In this document: positions 29,613 through 39,009 of the stretch, piece by piece
Numbering within the stretch: the first letter of the stretch is position 1
Layout: each line of letters opens with the position of its first letter
Made by a program: the position numbers and the translations under genes
Assembly: GCA_028690155.1 (NCBI GenBank)
Contig: JAQVBU010000011.1
Coordinates: 12,370-76,369, forward strand
From: Alphaproteobacteria bacterium
GTDB lineage: Bacteria > Pseudomonadota > Alphaproteobacteria > UBA9219
Reading direction: 5' to 3'
DNA: 64,000 bases
The notes under the pieces: generated by a model
Seen by the model: only the letters and a program-made list of their open reading frames with translations
What the model was told of the DNA's origin: nothing
Databases searched by the model: none

Positions 29613-30830
29613 ATGAAACTTTTTCATGCCAAATATGCCCAGATGCGCCATGGATACGTTTCTATTCAGGAAGACGATTTTTATCTTCCCGATCAACATG
29701 CGGTTCGTCGTCATTTGAGGAGCAACGGGTTTTTCCCCGTCGATATTCGGGAACAAAGGCAAAGCCTTCTTGAATGGGCGGACGTGCGATCCCGAGGGTG
29801 GCAAATACAACTTTTGCGCGCGCTCCGATTTCAAGGGGCCACGGCATCCGCGGGAACGGCGTTGTTAAACATCATTGAAGGTGAAAGCGATCCCAAAAGA
29901 CGGTTGGCTTTTCTTCCGACTCGTACCGTTCTTAAAGGGGGAGGTTCGTTTTCCGAAGCGTTGAAGGCGTTACGTTTGTTTGATGCGGCCACGATGGCGA
30001 TTATCACGGCGGGCGAACGGGCGGGCGACTTGAAAGGCGTCATTCAGCATGCGATTGAGCATACCGAAGAAAAGGGAAAGCAGACAAAAGTCATTATAAC
30101 GGCCCTTAGCTGGCTGTCGTTCGATATCGTCAACATCGTGGGAACGATCTGGGGCGCTCAGTTCGGATTCATTCCCTACTTGAAAAATCAAGGAGCCAAG
30201 ACATCGGACGCAGCCGCCGTTGAAAAATTCGATCATGCCATCGCGGTTGCATCCCGGATCAACATGGCCCTTTTGGTTCTTGTGACAACCATCGTCATCG
30301 GGGGCATGGTTTTTGTTGCCCTTTATTGGTTCAACAGACAACAACCGGATCACTACACGTCGAAGATACTGATGAAGATGCCCATTATGTCTTCCTACCT
30401 CAGAAATTCCAGCATCAAGGAAAGTTGCAAACTTATGCAGCGCCTCTTAAACGGCAAAGTTCCTTTGGCGGATGCGTTGGACATCATCATCGAAAGCGTT
30501 AATGAGCCTTCATGCCGCCTTTATTGGACGGAGTGCAAAGGCCGCGTTATGGCCGGAGCGGAGCCATCACGCGCTTTGGCTCGTTGGCCTCTTACAAAAG
30601 GCGAACAAGATCAGGTTCGAACTATACAGTCTGTTTCTCAGCTTGCCGAAGTCTATGCCGCGATTGCCGAGGAGAGGGGATTGATGGCCAAGACCGATCA
30701 ACGACGTTTGGCCATTTCCGGCGTTATCCTCATGATGGTTTTGGCGGGGGCGACAATTTTGACGATGGTGTATCTTTTGGTTATTCAGAATCAGAGCTTT
30801 CTTGATAGTCTCACCGAACTGCGTTCATAA
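29613..30830 (+). CDS. GspF/PilC (PilR-like) inner-membrane platform protein
   Basis: Two repeats (GGSFSEAL...AGERAGDL; GKVPLADAL...GAEPSRAL) and three TM helices. Confidence 0.88.
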   Translation: MKLFHAKYAQMRHGYVSIQEDDFYLPDQHAVRRHLRSNGFFPVDIREQRQSLLEWADVRSRGWQIQLLRALRFQGATASAGTALLNIIEGESDPKRRLAFLPTRTVLKGGGSFSEALKALRLFDAATMAIITAGERAGDLKGVIQHAIEHTEEKGKQTKVIITALSWLSFDIVNIVGTIWGAQFGFIPYLKNQGAKTSDAAAVEKFDHAIAVASRINMALLVLVTTIVIGGMVFVALYWFNRQQPDHYTSKILMKMPIMSSYLRNSSIKESCKLMQRLLNGKVPLADALDIIIESVNEPSCRLYWTECKGRVMAGAEPSRALARWPLTKGEQDQVRTIQSVSQLAEVYAAIAEERGLMAKTDQRRLAISGVILMMVLAGATILTMVYLLVIQNQSFLDSLTELRS

Positions 30831-30889
30831 TTTAGGGGCAGGGGGACGAAGAAGACGCCGTTCTTGATTGCCAGAGGGATTTTGGAAAC

Positions 30890-31969
30890 ATGGATGACGA
30901 GTTAGAAAGGAAAAAAGATTTTTTTATGGACGTCTTGTTCGGTAGGGGCAGGACGTTTAGGTCGGCTGCTGACTCTTCGTTGCCGGACGAGGAAGATATC
31001 GGCGCGTCTCCGTCTCCATCTCCGTCCTCGTCAATGATGCAAAGTTTGGGCGGGGCTATCACTCAAATCGAGGACTTTTTCTTCCCCTCCGACGTTGTCG
31101 GTGGGGTTTGTCCGCGCGTTGTCGGCGAGGAGGAAGCGATCGTTTGGAACGCCGCAGCCGAGGCTTGTGACAGCGAACGCGTTCATGTTGTTTGGCGCGC
31201 GGTAGACAATAATATTTGGTACTTGGCGGTACGTTCAGACAGCATGGCGTCGCATACGAAAACATGGTGTCCTTTAGCCGCCCTTCTGCCAACTTCCGAG
31301 ACGATCGAGACCCTTCCTGTTTGTTACACGTATTTTGGGGAAGAACTTGCCGTTCTTATGGTCGTTACGGCTGAGGAACTTCACATCTTCCGAGGAACGG
31401 CGTCCGTGATCAAAGCCAAGGCCGATCGTATCGTCGCGGAACACGAGGGAAAGGCCCAGACTGTCAATATTGATCCTTTCCTTATAGGTCAGATGACTCC
31501 CGTACCTTGGTATTCGGTGTCCCTTTTCGAGGAAAGAGCTCGGCGCATTTTGGCGGTGGTCTCTCTTTTGGCGGCGCTCGTCGTTTTAGGCATTTCCTTT
31601 TTTGTTTGGTTTGTCAGCAATATGACCACGGTGGCGTTGCGGCATAATATCGAGGAAACGACCATACGAACGCAGGACAAGGCGCGCGCTTTGTTGAGAC
31701 AGGCTGAAGATCTGCGCAAAAGCTCGTTGCAGGAACAAATAGAAAAGTTTTTGCAGATTAATGATGGCCTTTTGCCCTTGAATGGCTTTCTTGTTGTTTA
31801 CAACGTTGACGATAAGGGCATCCGGTGGAAAGCCGTGGTTCCTCCCAGCGCGACGGCGGATCGTATTTCCGGTCTTGGCGCCATGAGTATCGAAACGACC
31901 GAAGACGGGGTCACGATAGAAAACAAAGCGCAAGTTCTGTATGAACAGGAAAGTAAGAGGAGGCGGTAA
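30890..31969 (+). CDS. Pilus assembly/alignment protein (PilO/GspL-like by position)
   Basis: Cytoplasmic domain, single TM near aa 220-245, then coiled coil and small periplasmic domain; located in the pilus operon. Confidence 0.5.
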   Translation: MDDELERKKDFFMDVLFGRGRTFRSAADSSLPDEEDIGASPSPSPSSSMMQSLGGAITQIEDFFFPSDVVGGVCPRVVGEEEAIVWNAAAEACDSERVHVVWRAVDNNIWYLAVRSDSMASHTKTWCPLAALLPTSETIETLPVCYTYFGEELAVLMVVTAEELHIFRGTASVIKAKADRIVAEHEGKAQTVNIDPFLIGQMTPVPWYSVSLFEERARRILAVVSLLAALVVLGISFFVWFVSNMTTVALRHNIEETTIRTQDKARALLRQAEDLRKSSLQEQIEKFLQINDGLLPLNGFLVVYNVDDKGIRWKAVVPPSATADRISGLGAMSIETTEDGVTIENKAQVLYEQESKRRR

Positions 31970-32478
31970 TGTCTGTTTCGCCGAATTTTTTGATTCGGGT
32001 CTTCTCACCGCGCGTCGTCTATATGGCCATCAAAAGCTTCGATCGGTCGACGGCTGTGATTATTGGCCTTGCGTGGGCTGTTGCCTGCCTCATGCTTTTC
32101 TTTGCTTCCCTTTCGATTCGCGGTGTGGTTGATTCGAAGAGAGAGGCCCTTCTTGCCTTGGCGCAGGAACCCGTTTTGCCCAAAATTACGACCGCGCCTA
32201 TTCGGTTGAACAATATCGAGCCCATTCTTTCTAGGCTCAAAAGACAATTTCCGGAAATCAATATTGATCAGCGGGAAGGAAAGTTCCTAACCCTAAGGAG
32301 CAATGATGGGGCCTTGTTTCATCAATGGATTTCCGCTCTTAGCTATATTGATTCGATGACCCCCGAGATCCGGTGGGACCTTCGGGAATTCTGTGTTGGG
32401 GCTTGCGGTGGGGGGGGCGGGTTGATGAGTGCTACTTTGGTGGGACGTGAGGTTTCTATCTCTTTACCCCCAAAGTAA
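31969..32478 (+). CDS. Bitopic pilus assembly protein (GspM-like by topology)
   Basis: One N-terminal TM followed by a ferredoxin-like-sized domain; translationally coupled to the previous gene. Confidence 0.45.
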   Translation: MSVSPNFLIRVFSPRVVYMAIKSFDRSTAVIIGLAWAVACLMLFFASLSIRGVVDSKREALLALAQEPVLPKITTAPIRLNNIEPILSRLKRQFPEINIDQREGKFLTLRSNDGALFHQWISALSYIDSMTPEIRWDLREFCVGACGGGGGLMSATLVGREVSISLPPK

Positions 32479-32495
32479 AAAACTGTTTAGAGGCC

Positions 32496-32526
32496 TTGAC
32501 TTCTTTTATGAATGATGGTGTATAAC
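32496..32526 (+). promoter_or_regulatory. Possible sigma70 promoter for the pilin gene
   Basis: TTGACT...TATAAC, but the spacer is 19 nt (long). Confidence 0.35.
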
Positions 32527-32587
32527 TAATAATTAGCACACTCAAAGTACTAAGCTTTCTGCAACGGCAACCCTGAGGGGAACGAGC

Positions 32588-33322
32588 ATGGTTCAGCGGA
32601 GTGGTGAGGGACTTTTATCCCCTAACGCGGGTATTGCAATTGGACCGATTCTCTTCATCGTAGCGATCTTGGCGATTCTTGCTGCCGCCATTGCGGCGGG
32701 AAGCGGAAGCTTTACAGCGGGGACGACACAGGAAGCCAACAAGACAAAATCATCGGCTCTTATTCAAATTGGGGACACTTTGGCGACGGGTATGGCCCGT
32801 ATTATGATGTCGAATGTTTTGGATCCGGAGCAAATCGACACCAATGTCCAGAATACAACGGGGCTTAGTGCTCTTTTTTCGCCGGTTGGAGGCGGGATTT
32901 CGGCTCCGTCTGTCGGCATGGCAAACTACCCTCTTTACGATACGTGGGCCTTTCCGAAAGGCAATATCAGCGGGTTTGGAACGGCAGGCAACGAAATCTT
33001 GGCCGTTATTCCCGTGTCAAGAGGCGTTTGTTCCGAAATCAACAATCGTGTGGCCGGTATTGCCGCTGTTCCGCCTGCCGGCGATTACGGAACTTTCCTG
33101 AGCACAGGAGCCAGTCAGGCGACGGGAGATTTTCCGGCTTCGAGCGCGACATGGACGGTCGGCGCGACAACGACCACGACAACGGGGCCGACGCTTCATG
33201 CGGTGTCAACGGGATGTCTTTATAATACCGGGGCAGCGTTGGGCACGGGGTGCGGGGCAGGTACCTGTACGGCAGGACCGACAACGCAATTCTTTTTCTA
33301 TCAGGTTCTGGCGGTTCAATAA
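32588..33322 (+). CDS. Putative major pilin with non-canonical class III signal (no Glu5)
   Basis: 15-aa leader ending NAG|IAIGPILFIVAILAILAAAIAAG; amphipathic helix; C-terminal Cys residues; last gene of the pilus cluster. Confidence 0.7.
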   Translation: MVQRSGEGLLSPNAGIAIGPILFIVAILAILAAAIAAGSGSFTAGTTQEANKTKSSALIQIGDTLATGMARIMMSNVLDPEQIDTNVQNTTGLSALFSPVGGGISAPSVGMANYPLYDTWAFPKGNISGFGTAGNEILAVIPVSRGVCSEINNRVAGIAAVPPAGDYGTFLSTGASQATGDFPASSATWTVGATTTTTTGPTLHAVSTGCLYNTGAALGTGCGAGTCTAGPTTQFFFYQVLAVQ

Positions 33323-33348
33323 GAATGACGCTCGGAGGGGAGCGCTAG

Positions 33349-33377
33349 AAAGGGTAGCTCTTTAAGGGCTGCCCTTT
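33349..33377. terminator. Bidirectional hairpin terminator between the convergent pilin and REC-EAL genes
   Basis: AAAGGGTAGCTC-TTTAA-GGGCTGCCCTTT; 12-bp stem with two G-U pairs, A/T-flanked. Confidence 0.6.
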
Positions 33378-34510
33378 TCCCATTTTTCGATCCATGTATG
33401 GATGTCGGAGGCGGCCATGGGGTGCCCAATAAGAAAGCCCTGTCCGAAATCGCAGCCTTTTTCGTTCAGCAAGTCCCACGTTTTTTGGTCCTCGATTCCT
33501 TCGGCAATGACCTTCAATCCAAGGTTGTGACCAAGGTCAATGATCGAATTCATGATAACGGCCGAATCTTTATTGGTTGGAGCGTCCGTAATGAAGCTTT
33601 TATCGATTTTCAGCTCGCTGAAAGGCATACGTTGAAGCTCTCTGAGGGACGAGTGTCCTGTTCCGAAATCATCGATCGATACGCCAATGTTTCGAAGCCT
33701 CATGCGAAGAAGGACGTCCATGGTGCGGGTTACATCGCGCATGGCTTCCGTTTCAGTAACTTCAAGAATGAGTTTTTCCGTGGGGAGGCGGCTTTGTTCG
33801 CAGGCTTCAGCGATTTGGTCCGGTAAAGACAGGTCAAGAAGCGTCGACGCGGTGACGTTGATCGCCATGGTTAGAGACCGTCCGGAAAGGAAAAGCGACG
33901 CGGCCTGTTTTATGGCTTCGCGGATGACGAACAGGGTCAGTTCTTGCATAAGACCGTCATCCGTAATTTGTTTCAGAAAGGCGTCAGGAAGAAGCGTTCC
34001 CTGATCGGGGCGGTTCCAACGGACAAGGGCTTCCAGCCCCTTGATGTTACGCGAAGAGATTTCGACGACGGGCTGATAGTAAAGACAGAACTCTCCTTTT
34101 GCGAGGGCTTGCGCGCGAACGCCAACATCCGAGTCTTTTTTGCTCTTCGTGACGGATTCGAAGAAGGTCTTTAATGTTTGGATGCTTAGGGGTTTTTCCA
34201 ACGCCTCGACAACGTTGAGGCCATGAGCGCTTCCCAAACGACGGGCCCCGTTCAGCACGCGCGAATCGCTCCCGCTTATCAAGCAAAGCTGTGCCGTTTT
34301 GGCTTTTTCGGAAAGGAGCCTTAAAAGCTCGACGCCGTCAACGCCCGGCATCATAAGGTCCATCATGATGACATCGGGAGAAAACTCATTCAGAATGGAA
34401 TCGACTTGTTCGGCATCCGTGACCGATTGTGTGGTCAAACCGTGCCGTTCAGCGACTTCGGCGATAAGATCGCAAATATCCTCTTCATCATCGATAATCA
34501 GCAGTCGCAT
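33362..34510 (-). CDS. Receiver-EAL c-di-GMP phosphodiesterase response regulator
   Basis: REC (LLIIDDE, MMDLMMP); EALVRW, LEVTE, IDDFGTGHSS, LKIDKSF, IAEGIE, GQGF all intact. Confidence 0.93.
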   Translation of the reverse strand: MRLLIIDDEEDICDLIAEVAERHGLTTQSVTDAEQVDSILNEFSPDVIMMDLMMPGVDGVELLRLLSEKAKTAQLCLISGSDSRVLNGARRLGSAHGLNVVEALEKPLSIQTLKTFFESVTKSKKDSDVGVRAQALAKGEFCLYYQPVVEISSRNIKGLEALVRWNRPDQGTLLPDAFLKQITDDGLMQELTLFVIREAIKQAASLFLSGRSLTMAINVTASTLLDLSLPDQIAEACEQSRLPTEKLILEVTETEAMRDVTRTMDVLLRMRLRNIGVSIDDFGTGHSSLRELQRMPFSELKIDKSFITDAPTNKDSAVIMNSIIDLGHNLGLKVIAEGIEDQKTWDLLNEKGCDFGQGFLIGHPMAASDIHTWIEKWEKGSP

Positions 34511-34524
34511 GGGGTCCCCGTACT

Positions 34525-37200
34525 TTATAAGCTTGTTACTCCCTTCCTCAGTAATTCACCGAGCGCGCGGCGGATATCCTTGAGGCGATAAGGTTTTTCA
34601 ACGATAGGAACAACGTGATTTTTCAGGAAGTCCTGAACATGAGAGGATAACGTATCCCCGGTAACATAAATAATCTTGTTTGTGTAAGATGGCAACTCGC
34701 GTTCCAAAGCGGCATAAAGCGCCGGGCCATCCATGACGGGCATGCGCAGATCGCTGATGATGACGTCGAAGGATTTGGCGCGGAGTTTTTCCATGGCGAT
34801 AGCGCCGTTGATGGCGATGTCGACGGTATGCCCTTCGGGTTCAAGAAGGTCGGCAAGGGTTTGGACAAGCTCAATTTCGTCGTCAACGAGCAGGATTTTA
34901 AGGTTGCGGACAACCTCAGACGCGGCGTTCAGGGCGACATCATCTTCTTGGAGCGGCTTTTCCAAGAAGGGAAATTTGATCGTGAACGTTGCTCCGCCGC
35001 CTTCCGTTTCGGTCAGGAAGATGTCTCCGCCGTGAGCCGAGACGATGTTCATGCACAAAGCCAGTCCAACGCCGGTGCCGCCCTTGTTGCTTTTTGTCGT
35101 AAAGAACGGCTCGAAAATACGCGAACGAATATCCGCCGGTATGCCTGGTCCCGTATCTTCGATCGTCAGAACAATAAAGGTATCGTCTTCGCGCTTCGTC
35201 GATACGGCGATACGCTTGGGGCCGCTCCAACTGTCCATGGCCTGTGTGGCATTGAGAACAAGGTTTGTTACGACTTGGGTCAGTTGGTCGCTGTCGCCGA
35301 TAATTTCGCGAAGGGAGGGGTCGAGGCTTGTATGAAGCTCAACGTCCTCGGTTTTGAATTGATAGCCCAGGAGCTCTAACGCCGCGCTGACGATTTGGTT
35401 TAGATCGACGAGCTTGTGTTCCGGCGGTTTTCGGCGTGCGAGGGCAAGAAAGCTTTTGACAATGCGTGAACACCGGTCGGCGGCTTTGAAGATTTTTTCG
35501 GCGCGCGAAGCGACTTTGGTTTCCGTCGCGCCTTCCATTAAAAGCGTCGATTGGCCGACGACGACGGAAAGAGGGTTGTTTAATTCATGAGCAACCCCGG
35601 CCAGCAGCCCCCCTAAGGCGGCCATTTTTTCGCTTTGTTGTAAGGCTTCTTGCTGTTGGGCAATTTGAACTTCGGCCTTTTTTCTTTCCGTAAGATCGGA
35701 AAGGCCCATGACCATAGCTTCGTGGTCCCTATAGGTTAGGCCGCGCGCCGACACAGCGGCCGGGATTTCTTCGCCGTTGCCGCAGACGATCGACGCCTCC
35801 ACCGAATCGACGGGGACGTGGGAGGCTATGTCTTGGGCGATTTTTCCCCGTACCGAGGTATTGGGCATAAAGTGTTCAAGGCGATGCGTTTCAATCTCTT
35901 TGCGTTTCATGCCCAAGAGTTGCTCCGATCCCGGAGCGGCATAAAGAATGGCCCCGGTTCGAATGGCCACGATCAACACGGGGACAGGGTGCGCCTCAAT
36001 GATGCTGCGAAACCGCGCTTCGCTGGCCAAAAGGGCAAATTCGCTTTTTTTGCGTTCGGTGATATCGCTGGTTGACCCCACCATACGCAAAACGCCGTGC
36101 GTGAGCCGATCGCGTACCGCGACGGCTTTTGAGTGCAGCCAGCGTTTTTCGCCATTGGGACGTTCAATGCAGTATTCGACCGTCAGGGTAATGGCGGTCG
36201 CGCTGCGCCGGAAGCGCCGAACCGTCTCCATTAAGGCGCGCCGATAGGGTGGTTGAACCAGCTTGATCCACTGCCGAAGCCCTTTAGGGCCGTTGATGAG
36301 CCGGAAGCCGAGGATACGGCGGAATTGATCCGAGAAAAAAACCTCGCCGGAAACGAGGTTCCAATCGAACAAGCCTTCGTTGGCGCCGCGTGTTGCCAGA
36401 GAGAAGCGTTCGTTGCTGATGGCCAGAGCTTTTTCCTTTTCTTCTTGTCTCGCGGCAAACTGGCTGGCGATGACGATGGCGAAGATAAGGGACGACAGCG
36501 CAAAAGACAGGCAGGTTGTGCCGTTGACTTGGGTTTGCGTTTTCAAAAGACCAAGCACATAGGCGGGTTCGGCCAGAATCCCCCCTAAAAGACTGGTGAA
36601 TGCGACGATATGGATCAAACTGCCGCTGGTCCGGTTGTAAACGCCGGAAACGCCGGCGAGAAGGATGGCGCCCAAAACGAAGGTTCCGATGAGCGGGAAG
36701 GCGAGGTAAATCAGCGTGCGGTCAATAAGAGAATAGAAGAGGATGAAAACAAGGAGCGCGCCGAGAAGCAGGAAAGGGATTTTGAACCCGGGATTGTTGA
36801 TGTCGAGCTCGAGAAAGGAAAAGGTGAAGAGCAGGGCAAAAATCCACGAGGCGATGAGGCTGAAATTGACGAGGAAGTAACGGCTGTTCGCGTCGAGGAG
36901 TCCGATCTTGTTCATCAACAGGTCGTTCGAGCTGTAGATGTTGACGCAAAGGCACAGAAGGAAGGCGATCAGAAAAACCTGGCCCCGGTCGTGCATGACG
37001 AGCCAGATAAAGAAAAGGTAGGCGGCGGCGGAAAGAACGACACCGATAAGAAGGCCGAAGAACAGGGCCGATATTTGATCGTTTTGCAAAGTGGTTCGGA
37101 TGAAAACGTCGGCCCATGCTGCCTTCGGCGCGAACGCCGCGAAAAGGGCGCTCGCACAAACAAAAAGAAAAGAGGACAGCCAAGAATGCGTTTTGGTCAC
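34525..37200 (-). CDS. Hybrid sensor histidine kinase (7TM region, two PAS domains, HisKA, HATPase, REC)
   Basis: Multiple TM helices; GANEGLFDW PAS; AGVAHELNNPL H box; QVVTNLVLNA, DTGPGI, FEPFFTTK, GTGVGL; C-terminal REC. Confidence 0.93.
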   Translation of the reverse strand: MTKTHSWLSSFLFVCASALFAAFAPKAAWADVFIRTTLQNDQISALFFGLLIGVVLSAAAYLFFIWLVMHDRGQVFLIAFLLCLCVNIYSSNDLLMNKIGLLDANSRYFLVNFSLIASWIFALLFTFSFLELDINNPGFKIPFLLLGALLVFILFYSLIDRTLIYLAFPLIGTFVLGAILLAGVSGVYNRTSGSLIHIVAFTSLLGGILAEPAYVLGLLKTQTQVNGTTCLSFALSSLIFAIVIASQFAARQEEKEKALAISNERFSLATRGANEGLFDWNLVSGEVFFSDQFRRILGFRLINGPKGLRQWIKLVQPPYRRALMETVRRFRRSATAITLTVEYCIERPNGEKRWLHSKAVAVRDRLTHGVLRMVGSTSDITERKKSEFALLASEARFRSIIEAHPVPVLIVAIRTGAILYAAPGSEQLLGMKRKEIETHRLEHFMPNTSVRGKIAQDIASHVPVDSVEASIVCGNGEEIPAAVSARGLTYRDHEAMVMGLSDLTERKKAEVQIAQQQEALQQSEKMAALGGLLAGVAHELNNPLSVVVGQSTLLMEGATETKVASRAEKIFKAADRCSRIVKSFLALARRKPPEHKLVDLNQIVSAALELLGYQFKTEDVELHTSLDPSLREIIGDSDQLTQVVTNLVLNATQAMDSWSGPKRIAVSTKREDDTFIVLTIEDTGPGIPADIRSRIFEPFFTTKSNKGGTGVGLALCMNIVSAHGGDIFLTETEGGGATFTIKFPFLEKPLQEDDVALNAASEVVRNLKILLVDDEIELVQTLADLLEPEGHTVDIAINGAIAMEKLRAKSFDVIISDLRMPVMDGPALYAALERELPSYTNKIIYVTGDTLSSHVQDFLKNHVVPIVEKPYRLKDIRRALGELLRKGVTSL

Positions 37201-37345
37201 GGAAACCCTGAAAAAAGGACGGGCAAAGAACCTTGGAAGCGGGCACTATGGGGTAAACTTTTTTAACTTTTGGTTGATTTTGTTGGGTAAAGGTTAAATA
37301 TATTGTTTGAAAGCCCTTTTCCTCGATTCTTACCCCCGTTTTTTC

Positions 37346-38101
37346 ATGAAACCCCTTATTCTTATCGGAACCCCTTGTTACGGCGGCGTTGTTTTTCAAG
37401 GCTATATGGAATCGGTGCTCAGGCTGATGGTGTATGCGTCACAGAATGACTTTGAGGTCAGTCTGGCGCTTCTGGGGGGCGATTCGCTCATTACGCGAAG
37501 CCGAAACAAGCTGGTTTCGGCTTTTCTCGATATGCCTCAGGCAACGCATCTTATGTTTATCGATGCGGATATCTCCTTTTTGCCCGAGGACATTCACCGC
37601 ATGCTCAAGCTCGGGCAGGATGTTGTGGCTGGTGTCTATCCCATTAAGAATTACGATTGGGATCAAGCGCGGAAGAAAATGAAACCCGAAATGGACTCTC
37701 GCGATTTGGCCGAAAGCGGATTGCATTTTGTCGGCTTGCCGTGCCCTCTGAAAGAACGCGAGGTCTCGGGCGACTTCGTTACGGGCGTTTATGCGGGAAC
37801 GGGCTTTATGTTAATCGCGCGTGCGGCGCTTAAGCGCATGATCAAGGCCTATCCGGAGACGAAGTACGACGTCGCCCACGTTTATCCCATGCCCGCGCAC
37901 GCAAGCGATCATCAATACGCCCTTTTCGACTGCATGATCGAGCCGGGAACCCAGATCTATCTTAGTGAGGATTTCACGTTTTGTCGGCGCTGGCGCGATA
38001 TCGGGGGCCAGATCTGGCTGGATACGAAAAGCCGTTTGGCCCATGATGGGACCTTCCGTTTTCAGGGAAGACCAACCATAGCAACGATCAGCCTGACGTG
38101 A
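37346..38101 (+). CDS. GT-A-fold glycosyltransferase-like protein
   Basis: ILIGTPCYGG, SLITRSRN, HLMFIDADI (DxD), GTGFMLI.R, YLSEDFTFCRRW. Confidence 0.7.
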   Translation: MKPLILIGTPCYGGVVFQGYMESVLRLMVYASQNDFEVSLALLGGDSLITRSRNKLVSAFLDMPQATHLMFIDADISFLPEDIHRMLKLGQDVVAGVYPIKNYDWDQARKKMKPEMDSRDLAESGLHFVGLPCPLKEREVSGDFVTGVYAGTGFMLIARAALKRMIKAYPETKYDVAHVYPMPAHASDHQYALFDCMIEPGTQIYLSEDFTFCRRWRDIGGQIWLDTKSRLAHDGTFRFQGRPTIATISLT

Positions 38102-38195
38102 TCGGCCATAAAGAAACTTTCTTGCAAAATCATAGAGATGAAGACTAAAGCTCGTGTAGCGCCTTAACAACGTGAAAAGCGAAGGCTTTCCCCTT

Positions 38196-38885
38196 CTAAC
38201 AGAAAGAAAAACTTTCTTCCGCGACAAAGCCGGGAGCCGGGGGAACATTCGCATCAAAAACATCCCGGCTTGAAATCTCCCCCTTGATTTTCCGATAAAC
38301 ACGCGCGTGGCCCATATGCACGATGTGGGCGCGGTCGTGTTCACGGACGATGGCGACCAGTCGTCCGCCTTCTTCAAGTTGGCTGAAAAGATAGTCCGGG
38401 AGAAAATCGACGCTTCCGTTGATAAAAATAACGTCGAAAGGCGCATGCGCGATGCACCCTTCGACCGGCGCGCCTGCCAGCATTTGGGTCCGTCCGGGGG
38501 CATAGGTTTCGACGTTCTTGGCCGCTTCCTTGTGAAGAAGGGCATTCGGTTCGACGCTGGCGACGGATGAGGTCAGCATGGCAAGGACAAGGGTGGCATA
38601 GCCCGTTCCGGCCGCCAGTTCCAGCACGCGGTCCTTGGGACCGATAGAGGCCGCTTCCAGAAGGCGCGCCAGAGGCAACGGCGGCATCATCCAACGGTCC
38701 GGCATAAGAGGGATCGCCGCATCGCTATACGCGATGCCCACGTGCGTGGGTGGAACGAAAAGCTCGCGAGGGATGCTCCCCATCGCATCCAGAAGGCGGT
38801 TGTCCGTGACGCCGTTGGGACGCAACTGTCCTTCGACCATGTTACGTCGCGCTTTTGCGAAATCGAGAACGCCGTGTCTGTGCAT
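38196..38885 (-). CDS. pcm: Protein-L-isoaspartate O-methyltransferase family protein
   Basis: ARRNMVEGQLRPNGV, PRELFVP, VLELAAGTGY, APFDVIFING, QLEEGGRLV. Confidence 0.9.
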   Translation of the reverse strand: MHRHGVLDFAKARRNMVEGQLRPNGVTDNRLLDAMGSIPRELFVPPTHVGIAYSDAAIPLMPDRWMMPPLPLARLLEAASIGPKDRVLELAAGTGYATLVLAMLTSSVASVEPNALLHKEAAKNVETYAPGRTQMLAGAPVEGCIAHAPFDVIFINGSVDFLPDYLFSQLEEGGRLVAIVREHDRAHIVHMGHARVYRKIKGEISSRDVFDANVPPAPGFVAEESFSFC

Positions 38886-38959
38886 AGGGAAAATTCCGAA
38901 GAAGGAGGAAACGATTATAAAGCCTCTTCGCGATTCCCAAAGGGAAAAGAGTCGCAAGA

Positions 38960-38994
38960 GAAAGGGCCCGAAGTCGAAAACTTCGGGCCCTTTC
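38960..38994 (-). terminator. Rho-independent terminator after the hypothetical gene pair
   Basis: Perfect 15-bp stem GAAAGGGCCCGAAGT / ACTTCGGGCCCTTTC with a 5-nt loop, 16 nt past the stop at 39010. Confidence 0.8.
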
Positions 38995-39009
38995 ATCGGG
39001 GGGAAGGGG

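Noticed and set aside
31007-31030. TCTCCG/TCTCCA tandem hexamers encoding SPSPSPS
   Set aside because: Short in-frame low-complexity linker; no sign of phase variation.
23323-33322. Pilus cluster as an ICE or prophage integrated at tRNA-Ala
   Set aside because: No integrase, relaxase or phage genes, and I saw no repeat of the tRNA 3' end by eye; composition of the cluster looks like the backbone.
36253-37399. Long overlapping ORFs on the strand opposite the 7TM kinase, and similar shadow ORFs over serS, aspS and pleD
   Set aside because: Antisense shadows of real genes produced by codon bias; no family motifs or RBS.
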